From Squalus acanthias (lineage: Eukaryota): 64,000 nucleotides of DNA. The position numbers were made by a program, and so were the translations under genes. Below, piece after piece: positions 1-10,759 of the stretch; within the stretch, counting starts at the first letter, position 1; every line of letters begins with the position of its first letter. A model generated the notes under the pieces. That model ran no database searches. It had not been told where the DNA came from and was given only the letters and a program-made list of their open reading frames with translations. The DNA lies in contig CM059431.1 of the NCBI GenBank assembly GCA_030390025.1, positions 152,708,001-152,772,000 on the forward strand, given 5' to 3'.

Positions 1-2462
1 TACAGCTGCAGCAAGGTATCCCTGTTCCTGTATTCCAACCCTTTTGCTATGAAGGCCAGCATACCGTTTGCCTTCTTGACCGCCTGTTGCACCTGCATGC
101 TCGCCTTCAGTGACTGGTGTACAAGAACACCCAGGTCTCTCTGTACTTCCCCCTCTCCCAATTTATTGCCATTTAAATAATAATTTGCCCTCCCGTTCCT
201 GCACCCAAGGTGGATAACTTCGCACTTGTCCACATTATAGTGCATCTGCCATTTATCCGCCCAATCACCCAGTCTGTCCAAATCGCTCTGGAGCTTCCTG
301 GTCTCCTCCTCTGAGCCCACCCCCCCTCCTAGTTTAGTGTCGTCTGCAAATTTGGAAATGCTGCATCCGACTCCCTGATCCAGGTCATTAATGTAAATTG
401 TGAACAGCTGGGGACCCAGGACAGATCCCTGTGGTACCCCACTTGTTACTGCCTGCCATTCAGAAAATGAGCCGTTTATTCCAACTCTCTGTTTTCTATC
501 TGACAGCCAGTTCTCTATCCACGTCAATACTTTCCCCTTTATCCCATGAGCTTCAATTTTCCATGCTAATCTTTTATGTGGGACCTTGTCGAAGGCCTTT
601 TGGAAGTCCAGGTACACCACATCTACTGGCTCTCCCCCATCTATTTTACCAGTTACTCCCTCAAAAAATTTCAATAGATTAGTCAAGCACGATTTACCCT
701 TTGTAAATCCATGTTGACTCTGTCCTATCCTGTCCCCATTTGCTAAGTGCTCCGCTATTTCATACTTAATGATGGACTCCAGCATTTTGCCCACAACTGA
801 TGTAAGGCTTACAGGTCTGTAATTACCTGCTTTTTCCCTACCCCCCTTTTTGAATAGTGGGGTAACGTTAGCTACCCTCCAATCCATGGGCACTGTTCCC
901 GAGTCTAATGAATTCTGAAAAATCATACTTAGTGCATCCGCTATCTCTAGGGCCACCTCCTTCAGTACCCTAGGATGCATGTTATCAGGCCCTGGGGATT
1001 TGTCCGCCTTCAATCCCTTTAGCTTCCTTAACACCATATCCTTAGAGGTATTGATTTGCGTCATTTCCTCCTTTGCCAATGTCCCTATTTTTCCCGATAT
1101 CCCAGGGAGGTTTTTTGTGTCTTCCTTCGTAAAGACTGACCCAAAGTATGCATTTAGTTGGTCTGCCATTTCCTTATTTCCCGTTATATATTCCCCCGTA
1201 TCTGACTGCAATGGACCAACTTTGGTTTTCACCAGTCTTTTCCTCTTGATATACTTATAAAAGCTTTTGGAGTTAGTTTTTATATTTTCCGCCAGCTTGC
1301 TTTCATAAGCTATTTTGCCCCTCTTGATTAAGCCCTTTGTCCTCCTTTGCTCTATCTTAAACTGTTCCCAATCTTCCGCTCTGGTGCTTTTTTTGGCTAT
1401 TTTATACGCCCTATCTTTGGATTTTATGCTCTCTCTAATTTCCCCTGTTATCCACGGTTGAGTCACCTTTTTAGATTTCCTTTTATGCCAGATTGGTATA
1501 AACAATTTTTGCAATTTTGTCATTCTATCTTTAAATGCTTGCCATTGTTTATCTACCTCCAGTCCTCCCAGGAACGTTGTCCAATCAGACCTACTCAGTT
1601 CCCGTCTAATGGCATCATAATTCCCCTTGTTTAAATTCAGGACCTTAGTCTCTGAGTCAATTTCTTCGCTCTCCATTTCGAGTGAGAAATCGATCATGTT
1701 ATGATCGCTCTGACCCAAGGGTCCCCGTACAACAAGATTACTAATTAGTCCCTTCTCATTGCACAGTACCCAGTCCAATATAGCCTGTTCCCGAGTTGGT
1801 TCCTCGACATATTGATCCAGATAACCATCCCTTAAACACTCAAGGAATTCCTCCTCCTCATTATTTTTACTGATTAGGCTAGTCCAATCTATATGTAAGT
1901 TAAAGTCACCTATGATGACAGCTGTGCTCTTATTGCACGCTTCTCTAATTTCCCTCGTGATGCCCTCCCCAACCTCTATTTTACTATTTGGAGGCCTATA
2001 TACCACTCCTATTAATGTTTTTCGCCCCTTGCTATTTCTTAGCTCCACCCATATAGATTCTGTATTAACTGAGTTAATATCCTTCCTTTCAATTGCATTT
2101 ATCCCCTCTTTTACCAGCAATGCTACCCCTCCTCCCTTTCTTTTTTGTCGATCCTTCCTAAATACTGAATACCCCTGTATGTTAAGCTCCCAGCCCTGCT
2201 CACCCTGCAACCATGTTTCCGTAATCCCAATTAGATCATAATTATTAACCTCTATTTCCACAGCTAATTCATCTACCTTGTTCCTGATGCTTCTCGCATT
2301 AAGGTATAAAACCCTCAGGCTTTTTTTATGCTCACATTTTTTATGAATTAGTTTGGCCCTTTGTTTTTTGTTCCTCACCCTTTTACCATTTATTTCTGTC
2401 TGCCTTTCACTTTCCTCTAATTCACTACATAGGTTTCTAGCCCCCTGCCATACTAGTTTAAA
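1..2462 (-). CDS. CR1 ORF2 (APE endonuclease + reverse transcriptase), partial at window edge, no upstream AUG
   Basis: Hand translation is open from 2462 through the endonuclease (first in-frame ATG at 1697). The ORF track reports no closed minus-strand ORF here, consistent with a frame running off the edge. Confidence 0.85.
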
Positions 2463-3400
2463 TGCTCCCGAACTGCTTTATCAAAAATTACCCCGAGAAC
2501 ATCAGTTCCATCTTTGCACAGGTGTAGACCGTCCCTTTTGTATAGGTCACACCTACCACAAAACTGGTTCCAATGCCTCAAAAATTTAAAACCCTCCCTC
2601 TTACACCACTGCTCAAGCCACGTATTTAGCCTTACTATCCTGTTCTCTGTACTCTTACTAGCACGTGGCACTGGTAGTAATCCAGAGATTACTACCTTCG
2701 AGGTCCTACTTTTTAGCTTGGCTCCTAACTCCCTAAATTCTACTTGTAGGACCTCTTCCCTTTTTTTAGCTACGTCGTTGGTACCAACATGTATCACGAC
2801 AACTGGCTGTTCCCCCTCCCCTTCCAGAATGTTCTGCACCCGCGCCGAGACATCCTTGACCCTTGCACCAGGGAGGCAACATACCATCCTGGAGTCTCGG
2901 TCGCAACCACAGAAACCCCTATCTATTCCCCTTACAATCGAATCCCCTATTACTATAGCCCTGCCACTCTTTTTCCCTCCCTTCTTTGCAACAGAGCCAG
3001 TCATGGTGCCATGAGCCTGGCTGCTGGTGCCTTCCCCCGATGAGTCATCCCCCCCGACAACAGCACCTAAGGCGGTGAAACTGTTGCTAAGGGAGACAAC
3101 CCCAGGGGATTTCTGCACTACCTTCCTGCCCTTGCTCTGCCTTTTGGTCACCCATGTACTACCTACGCTGGCCTTAACCTGCGGTGTGACCAACTCACTA
3201 AATGTGTTATCCACAACCCTCTCAGAATCGTGGATGCTCCAAAGTGAGTCCATCCGCAGCTCAAGGGCCGTCATGCGGTCCCACATGAGCTGCAGCTGGA
3301 CACACTTCCCGCACACATGGTTGTCAGGGACACAGGAAGCGTCCCTGATTTCCCACATGTTACAGGAGGAGCATGACACAGGTCCGAGCTCTACTGCCAT
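2453..3400 (-). CDS. CR1 ORF1 protein (N-terminal Cys zinc-finger-like region + SGNH/GDSL esterase-like domain), 315 aa
   Basis: CSSC..CGKC, IGDSIVRG, CLPGARV, IHVGTND, SGLLP and DGLHL motifs. Confidence 0.92.
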   Translation of the reverse strand: MAVELGPVSCSSCNMWEIRDASCVPDNHVCGKCVQLQLMWDRMTALELRMDSLWSIHDSERVVDNTFSELVTPQVKASVGSTWVTKRQSKGRKVVQKSPGVVSLSNSFTALGAVVGGDDSSGEGTSSQAHGTMTGSVAKKGGKKSGRAIVIGDSIVRGIDRGFCGCDRDSRMVCCLPGARVKDVSARVQNILEGEGEQPVVVIHVGTNDVAKKREEVLQVEFRELGAKLKSRTSKVVISGLLPVPRASKSTENRIVRLNTWLEQWCKREGFKFLRHWNQFCGRCDLYKRDGLHLCKDGTDVLGVIFDKAVREHLN

Positions 3401-3697
3401 GACTTAACCCTTATATTACTTTTTAATTTTCTAGTTTTAGTTTATTTATTGACTTTTGTTTTCCCGAAGCTTACTTAGACCAATGTATACTGTACTCCTC
3501 TTATTCCTTTTTAAACTAACCAAATCCCACTAGTTTTAGTTTTACTTTCTAGGAAGGTTTGAGGAAAGTACTTACCAGTTAGTATTACCTCCCTGGTCTT
3601 TCGCTGACTTCCCGGTCAGTTAATCCTTACTTCACCAACAGTCGGTGAATTCTGGTCCCTTTCTAGGAGGCGAAACCCACTTCTGACATTACCTTTT

Positions 3698-4137
3698 GAT
3701 ACCTAGATTTCTAGAAGCAAAAGGCATCAAGGGGTATGGGGAGAGAGCGGGAATATGGTATTGAGATAGAGAATCAGCCATGAACATATTGAATGGCGGA
3801 TCAGGCTCGAAGGGCCGAATGGCCTACTCATGCTCCTATTTTTCGATGGTTCTACAGAGATTTAAGGTTTTGGGAAAGAGATACAGGGGGCTGTGAGGAA
3901 AAACTTTTTTAAGCAGCGAGTGGTGAGGACCGGGAACTCGCTGCCGACGGAAGTGGTGGAAGCGGACACACTCATTGTTTCCAAGGGGAGACTGGATAGG
4001 CACTTGAGGGAAATAAACTTGCAGGGCTACTGAGATAGAGCGGGGGAATGGGACTGACTGAATTGCTCTACAGAGAGCCGGCACGGCCTCGATGGGCTGA
4101 ATGGCCTTCTTCTGTGCCGTTATGACTCAATGACTCT
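3698..4137 (+). mobile_element. Two adjacent CR1 3'-terminal fragments
   Basis: gggccgaatggcct 3' motif twice, ending in ctatgttct-like and tatgactc-like tails. Confidence 0.8.
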
Positions 4138-5312
4138 ATACAGCACAGAAACAGGCGATTCGGCCCAACCTGTTCATGCCGGCGTTTATGCTCCACACGA
4201 ACTTCCACCCGTCTTTCCTCATCTAAATCTAGCAGCATAACCCTCCATTTGCTTTATCCCTCATTGACTAGCCTCCCCTTAAATGCATCTATCCTATTCG
4301 CTTCAAACACTCCCTGTAGTAGCGAGTTCCACATTCTCACCAATCCTTGGGTAAAGAAGTTTCTTCTGAATTTCCGATTGTATTCTTGGTGACTTGCTTT
4401 TATTAATGGCCTCTAGTTATTCTCTTCCTCATAAGTGGAAATATTCTCTCTCTATCCAATCTATCAATTTTTTTCTTAATTTTAAAGACCTCTATTAGGT
4501 CACCATTCGGCCTACTTTTTTCAAGAGAAAAGAGACCCAGCCTGTTCGTCCTTTCCTGATATGTATACTCTCACATTTCTAGTATCATCCTTGTAAATAT
4601 TTTCTGCTCCCTCTCCAGTGCCTCTCAATTCAATGCTTTTTAAAATATGGCGACCAGAACTGTACGCAGCACTCTAAGTGTGGTCGAACCAAGGTTCGAT
4701 ACAGGTTTAGCATAACTTCCCTACTTTTCGATTCTATCTCTCTAGAAATAAACCATAATGCTTGTTATGCTTTTTATGGCCTTTCTAACCTGTGTCGCAA
4801 CTTTGAGAGATTTGTGTATTTGTACTCCTAGATCCTTTGTCTCTCTACCCCACCTAGACGCAAACACTCCGAGTGATAAGTGACCTCCCTATTCTTCCTA
4901 CCAAAATGTAATACCTCACATTTATCAGTGTTGAACTTCATTTTCCAATTATATGCCCATTCTGCAAGTTTATTCATGTCCTCCTTAACTTGTTGCAGTC
5001 CTCCTCAGTATTGCCTATCCCCCCACCCGCCCCCGCCCCCGCCCCCGTAATTTGGTGTCATCCGCAAATTTAGAAATTGTGTTTTTGATTCCTAAGTCTA
5101 AATCGTTACTGTAAATTGTGCACTGCAGTGGTCCCAGCACTGATCCTTGTGGAATACCTCTACCCAACTTCAGCCACTGTAAATAGCTACCCTTTACTCC
5201 TGCATTCTGCTTTTTTCAGAAGCAAGCCAGCAATCCATTCTGCTACTAGTCCCCTGACTCCGCATTCTCTGACCTTGTTCATCAGTCTATTATGGGGTAC
5301 CTTATCGAAGGC
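4138..5312 (-). mobile_element. 5'-truncated, degenerate CR1 (RT C-terminus + 3' UTR)
   Basis: FADDTKL and RPHLEXCVQFWSP-like remnants on the minus strand; CR1 3' motif. Confidence 0.85.
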
Positions 5313-5644
5313 CTAATCTCACCGCCGGGGGTTTATGTCCACAAATCTTTGACGGTGGCAGGACAAGTTGAGAATGTCGTTGAAAAACATATGGGAACCT
5401 TGGCTTTATTAACAGAGGAATAGAGTACAAAGCAAGGAAATTCTGCTAAATGTTTATAATGTATTGGATAGGCCTCAGCACCATAAAAAACTGGCAATTC
5501 ACGCTGATCTTTCCTGCAGCCTCAATATAATACATGAATATTTTTCATTTTTCTTGAAATATAAACCAACTTTACTGATAGGTTTGAAACAAAGTCGTCG
5601 CTTTGAAGTCTAAATCAAATGGTGTTTCCATTGATAGAAAGCAG

Positions 5645-5717
5645 CGCTCGAACAGGGACTTGAAGCCTGGACACTCAGGTTAAATGTCTGATGCTCTACC
5701 GACTGAGGTATCGGGGC
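5645..5717 (-). pseudogene. tRNA-Lys(TTT) pseudogene
   Basis: Reverse complement GCCCCGATACCTCAGTCGGTAGAGCATCAGACATTTAACCTGAGTGTCCAGGCTTCAAGTCCCTGTTCGAGCG: 73 nt, ~7 substitutions from the canonical vertebrate tRNA-Lys-TTT, including U33>A and broken stem pairs. Confidence 0.85.
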
Positions 5718-5807
5718 TCTGATGGGCGACTGAACTAGCGACACTGAGTGGATGTGGTGGGAACTGCACCCGCTTCATTCCGTGCCCACAGCTGCCCTGA
5801 TAAAGCC

Positions 5808-6578
5808 AAGTCTGTGTGAATCTGTCTGCGTTCTGTGTGACGTCAGTCTGCAGTCTGTGTGACTCTGTCTGCAGTCTGTGTGACGCTTTCTGCAGTCTGT
5901 GTAACGTCAGTTTGCGATCTATGTGAAGTCAGTCTGCAGTCTGTGCGACTGTCTGCAGTCTGTGTGACGTCAGTCTACAATCTGTGCAACTCTGTCTACC
6001 GCATGTGACGTCAGTCTACATTCTGTGTGACGTCTGTCTGCAGTCAATGTGACGAACGTCTGCAGTCTGTGTGACGTTTACTGCAGTCTGTGTTACTCTG
6101 TCTGCAGTCAGTGTGACGTAAGTCTGCCGTCTGTGTGATTTAAGTCTGCAGTCTGTGTGACTCTGTCTGCAGTCTGTGTCACACTGTCTGCATTTTATGT
6201 GACGTCAGTCTGCAGTATGTGTGACTCTGTCTGCAGTCTGTGTGACTGCAATCTGTTTGACTTCAGGCTGCCGTCTGTGAGACTCTGTCTGCAGTCTTTG
6301 TTACTCTGTCTGCAGTCTGCGTGACTCTGACTGTAGCCTGTGTGACACCAGTCTGCAGTCTGTGTAGCATCAGTCTGCTGTCTGTGCGACGCTGTCTGCA
6401 GTCTGTATGACGGCAGTCTGGGTGACGTCAGTCTGCAGGCTGTGTGAGATCAGTCTGCAGTCTGTATAGAAGTCAGTCTGTGTGACGTCAGTCCGCAGTC
6501 TGTGTGAGGTCAGTCTGCAGTCTGTGTTGAAGTCAGTCTGTGTGACGTCAGTCTGCACTCTGTGTGACGTCATGCTGT
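5808..6578 (+). repeat. 20-22 bp minisatellite (GTCTGCAGTCTGTGTGACGTCA)n
   Basis: Directly visible tandem array containing TGACGTCA and CTGCAG palindromes. Confidence 0.95.
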
Positions 6579-7693
6579 GTGTATTATTGAGCTTCAGTCA
6601 GCGTTAGTCTCGCTCCCTCCGTGTTTGAGGAACGTGTGTCTGCTGGCTGTCTGACGTGCCGTCGGCCATGTTTCTGTGACGTGTTTTCGGCAATGTTATG
6701 ACTGATATGGGAATTGAGGGGAACGCAGCAAAGGTTTATTTAGAAATAGAGGAGATGAGAATATCAGGGACAGACAGTAACTTTGATATTAGAAATAGGA
6801 AACCCAAATCAAGGAAACCCAACAACTATCAAATTCGAAACAGGAAGAAGAAACATAACCATCTGGGATTGAATTTGAGACGGTAATGCAATGGTTACTT
6901 TTGCATGCCTTTGCGTTTTATTTTACCTGATTATATTGGATGACGTCGTTGATTACACAGCGCCAACTCACGATTGTAGCTGGGTGCAGATACATCGCTG
7001 ACTGAAGGAATTAAAACCCCAACCTGCTACCCGACTCTTGGCATAAATAGTGTTCGTCGTCTAAATCTACTTAAATGAGAATCAACCTACTGCTCAGACC
7101 TACCAGCAACTCATCACCACTTCCCCGAGAAGATGGATGCGAGCCGGATTGGCAGAGCCGGGGCTCCAGGGACCTGAAACCAAGTGGAGTTTTTTTTGAG
7201 AACGTCAGCATAAAGTGGAACGTGAACGAGTGACGGGTAAAGGGCACTTAATCACAAATAATATATGAACCACACGGACTATTAAGTACGCAGGCTGTTA
7301 GAGTAAAGATTTCAATAACGTTCTTGAAAATTGACGTGAGGTGTCACAGGTTTATTGAGCACACGGTACATGCAATAGTACTTAAACATACGGTTAAAAG
7401 GTGCAAATTGCAGCCACACCTGATGATGGTTGCATGGCGATTGAACATCTTACAGTTCTCAGCTCAGTATCTTAAGCTTTTAAGAATCAGAATACTCAGT
7501 ACAAACAGCCAGTTTTATTACAATTGTCTCACTCCCTCTCTGTGACCATCCACACAATGTTACATCACATAAATATATGATAGTTAAAATGTAATTCCAT
7601 ATATGAGACTTCCATCGAAATATCCTTTATCAGTAACGTTAGTTTTCCTTGCATAACCTTCTCTTTGTCTGTTCGGCTTAGAAGCGAAATTCC

Positions 7694-8720
7694 CTCTTCC
7701 CACTCCCGCATTATTACCTCTGAGGACCCCCAAGATCTATCCCTGACCCCTCCTATTTCACAACTATATGCTGCCCCTTGGCGACACCATCCGAAAACAC
7801 GGCGTCAGTTTCCACATGTACGCTAACGACACCCAGCTCTACCTCTTCACCACTGCTCTCGAGCCCTCCACCGTCTCTAAATTGTCAAACTGTTTGTCCG
7901 ACATCAAGTACTGGATGAGCAGAAATTTTCACAAATTAAATACTGGGAAGACCGAAGCTATTGTTTTCAGTCCCCTCCACAAACTCCGTCCCATAGTCAC
8001 CGACTCCATCCCTCTCCGTAGCATATGTCTGAGGCTGAAGACAGTTCGCAAACTCAGTGCCATATTTGACCCTGAATGAGCTTGCAACCACATATCAGCG
8101 GCATAAATCCGCCTACTTCCACCTCCATAACATTCCCCATCTCCGCCCCTGCCTCAGCTCATACGCTGCTGAAACCCTCATCCATGACTTTGTTACCTCT
8201 AGACTTGAGTATTCCAACCCACTCCTGGCTGGCCTCCCACATTCTACCTTATGTAATCTTGAGATCATCCAAAACACTGCTGCACGTGTCCTAACTCGCA
8301 CCAAGTCCCGTTCACCCATCACCCTTGTGCTCACTTACCTATATTGGCTCCCGGGTAAGCAATGCCTGACTTCAAAATATTCATCCTTGTTTACAAATCC
8401 CGCCGTGGACTCAGCCCTCCCTATCTCTGTAATCTCCTTCAGCCCACAACCCCCAACTTATCTGTGCTCATCTAATTCTACCCACTTGAGAATCCCTGAT
8501 TATAATCGCTCAAACATTGGTGTATGTCCCTTCAGCTGCCTAGGACCTATGCTCTGGAAGACGCTCCCTAAATCTCTCCGCAGCTTTACTTCTCTTTCTT
8601 CCTTTATGATGCACCTTGAGGCCGAGCACTTTGACCAAGCTTTTGGTCATCTGCCCTAAATTTTTCTTCTGTGGCTCGGTGTCAAATTTTGGTCTTATAA
8701 CAATTCTTTGAAGTCTCTCC
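7694..8720 (+). mobile_element. L2-clade LINE 3' fragment
   Basis: FHMYANDTQLY (YADD), KTEAIVF, TSRLEYSN, IQNTAARVLT motifs with frameshifts. Confidence 0.88.
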
Positions 8721-8732
8721 CACTCTCTCAGA

Positions 8733-9040
8733 ATGCATGTTGCAAAAATGTCGCGAACAGAAAAACGGCAGGAAACGATCGCCTTTAAATAGCGCTCCCC
8801 AGTGCCTTCCCGACTGCACAACGCTCCCCTCAACATGTCGTTTCTAGCGGCAGGCGGTAAGGCAGGGGGCACCACTCAATCTCCGTTCCGGGACACTACC
8901 GGGGCCCTTCACGATCGACTGACGTCACGATCTGTGGGCACAGGAGATCGTGGTGGTACTGTTTAGCGTGGCAAAATGTCGTCAATTTCGGGAGCGGTGC
9001 AAAAAAAACGGCGCGCCCAGCACTAGTTGTTTTGCACCCC
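8733..9040. mobile_element. Probable truncated Harbinger-like non-autonomous element (one end only)
   Basis: CpG-rich segment absent from the paralogous copies, ending ttttgcacccc followed by ATT like the other MITE ends; no matching left TIR found. Confidence 0.4.
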
Positions 9041-9141
9041 ATTAGCGCCATCGACTTATCGTTGATCAATGAGGATAGTTTTCCTTACTAAACAATCACT
9101 TTTTCTGGTGGGCTTACAAGCGTAATTACTTTCGAGTCATT

Positions 9142-9877
9142 GGCTCAAAAATTCGTGAGGAAGCCTTCGTGCGAGGGTAAGGCCTCCCCACGATCTCTCA
9201 CTCCGCGTTGGCTTTTTCAGTTCCAGCTCGCACGAATTGATGTTCTGGACAGCTGCTGTGCTGGGCTTGCGTATCCCACCGGCGTAGTTAATTCGTGCGA
9301 GCTGTGGGATCACGTGACTCAGTTAGAGCCAATGGCAGCACACCATCTTCCATTCATAACTTTCACATAAGTGCTGTGAAAGTTATGAATACTATAGCCC
9401 CCCAAAAGAACCGCTACACCTCAATTAAATAAAAAAAACCATCACATTAATAAAATAAGTATAGTTAAATAAATTAACCATTTTAACTAAAAAATGTAAT
9501 TTTTGAAAAAAATTAAAATCTTTTAAAAAGTTATAAAAATAAACTTACCTGTCTTTAAAGTCTCTAAAAAAGATATACCTGTTAAAAAAAATCAAAAATA
9601 ATACTTAATTCACTACTTACCTTGTTAAAAGTGGGTCTTACTCCTTTTTTTATGTGTAGAATCTTCCGTACTTACCTGCGCGTTGAAACCACTAAGTGCA
9701 CAGCGTGCGCGCAGCCTGTAGCGCGCACGCGGTTCACCTAGGACCCGCCCCCTTTTCCATTCACCAAGTGTCAGTTTTCAGCGCATGCGCAGTGCATGCA
9801 GAAAACCGGCAATTGGAGACAGAATACGCGAGAGTACGCAGTGCGTACTCTCGCGTAGCGGCACTAATTTTTGGGCC
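9142..9877. mobile_element. Harbinger/PIF-like MITE (MITE-1, 736 bp)
   Basis: TIR ggctcaaaaattcgtg / ggcccaaaaattagtg (14/16), ATT duplicated on both sides, absent from the paralog at ~53610. Confidence 0.85.
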
Positions 9878-10759
9878 ATTATCTTATCAATAGTTTCACT
9901 CTTGATCCACAGCATTTCAATTCTACCAAGTGAAACCATTAATTATAAATCTACTTTTATTTCTGGATCATTCGTCCCAATTATAATGATGATGCATGCC
10001 CCGATTTTTTCGTCTGGAACTAACTGTCTTCCCACATTGTATCAAATGATTACAGTTATCTGAAATGTATGAATCAGTTTGCAATGACATGTGTTATATA
10101 AATCTCTTATTGCGTCCTCCTGAGACTGACCATTGCTGCAGGAACGGCCCTCGCACATCAGTCCACTGTTACTTTAAGTAGACTTGTACATCCCTGCTTA
10201 ACAGGCAAACGCTAAATATTATACATTAAAGCTATAGAAAGATAAACCAATATCGCATAACTTTACCAAACATTAGGACAGTCTAATTAACTCTTTCCTT
10301 ACAGTAACCCACTGTTGGCGTTCGATTACTTAAGGCCAACAATAAAATTAAATCTCATCAGCATCATATATCTATCTCGATCTATTCTCTTCTCCAGATC
10401 TCTACCCATTTGCTTTACACATTACTTTATCCAGAGCCACATTAACCATTTCTTGTAGTGCTGACTTCAGCGTGACTGACCATGTCTTAGACCCATTCTT
10501 CAGAGCATCTTCATCATGCACATCGCATGCTGGTATCGTATTCACGAGCAACACCACACTTCAGCACACACAGCGATCACCCAAGATCAGGCAGCAGGAG
10601 GCATCCGATACAAGCCATTCCTTCCCTTTCTGGCTATCTTCCCAAAGCTGGGAGAGGGGGCAGGGGTTCTGTCGATGTTTAATTAGCTTCTCCCCCTGCA
10701 TGGTTCTGATGTTTCTTGTAGTGGCCAAGCTATCAAGTTCATTCCTCTAATTGCTCAGT

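Larger units (their letters stand above)
1..3690 (-). mobile_element. Young CR1-clade LINE (5' UTR, ORF1, ORF2), 3' part runs off the window edge
   Basis: Intact ORF1 followed by an APE endonuclease (YLNARS, ITETW, YRPP, GDFN, SDH) and RT motifs towards position 1; the 5' boundary is approximate. Confidence 0.93.

Noticed and set aside
431..3407. Plus-strand ORFs overlapping the first CR1
   Set aside because: Antisense shadows of ORF1/ORF2 with no recognisable domains; the same applies to most short ORFs in the track
3400..3580. Intron in the CR1 5' UTR (G|GTAAGT at ~3576; similar GGTGAGT in other CR1 5' UTRs)
   Set aside because: No polypyrimidine tract or convincing acceptor before the ORF1 ATG
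5645..5717. Functional tRNA-Lys gene
   Set aside because: U33>A, mismatches in the acceptor, D, anticodon and T stems, and no clear T4+ terminator
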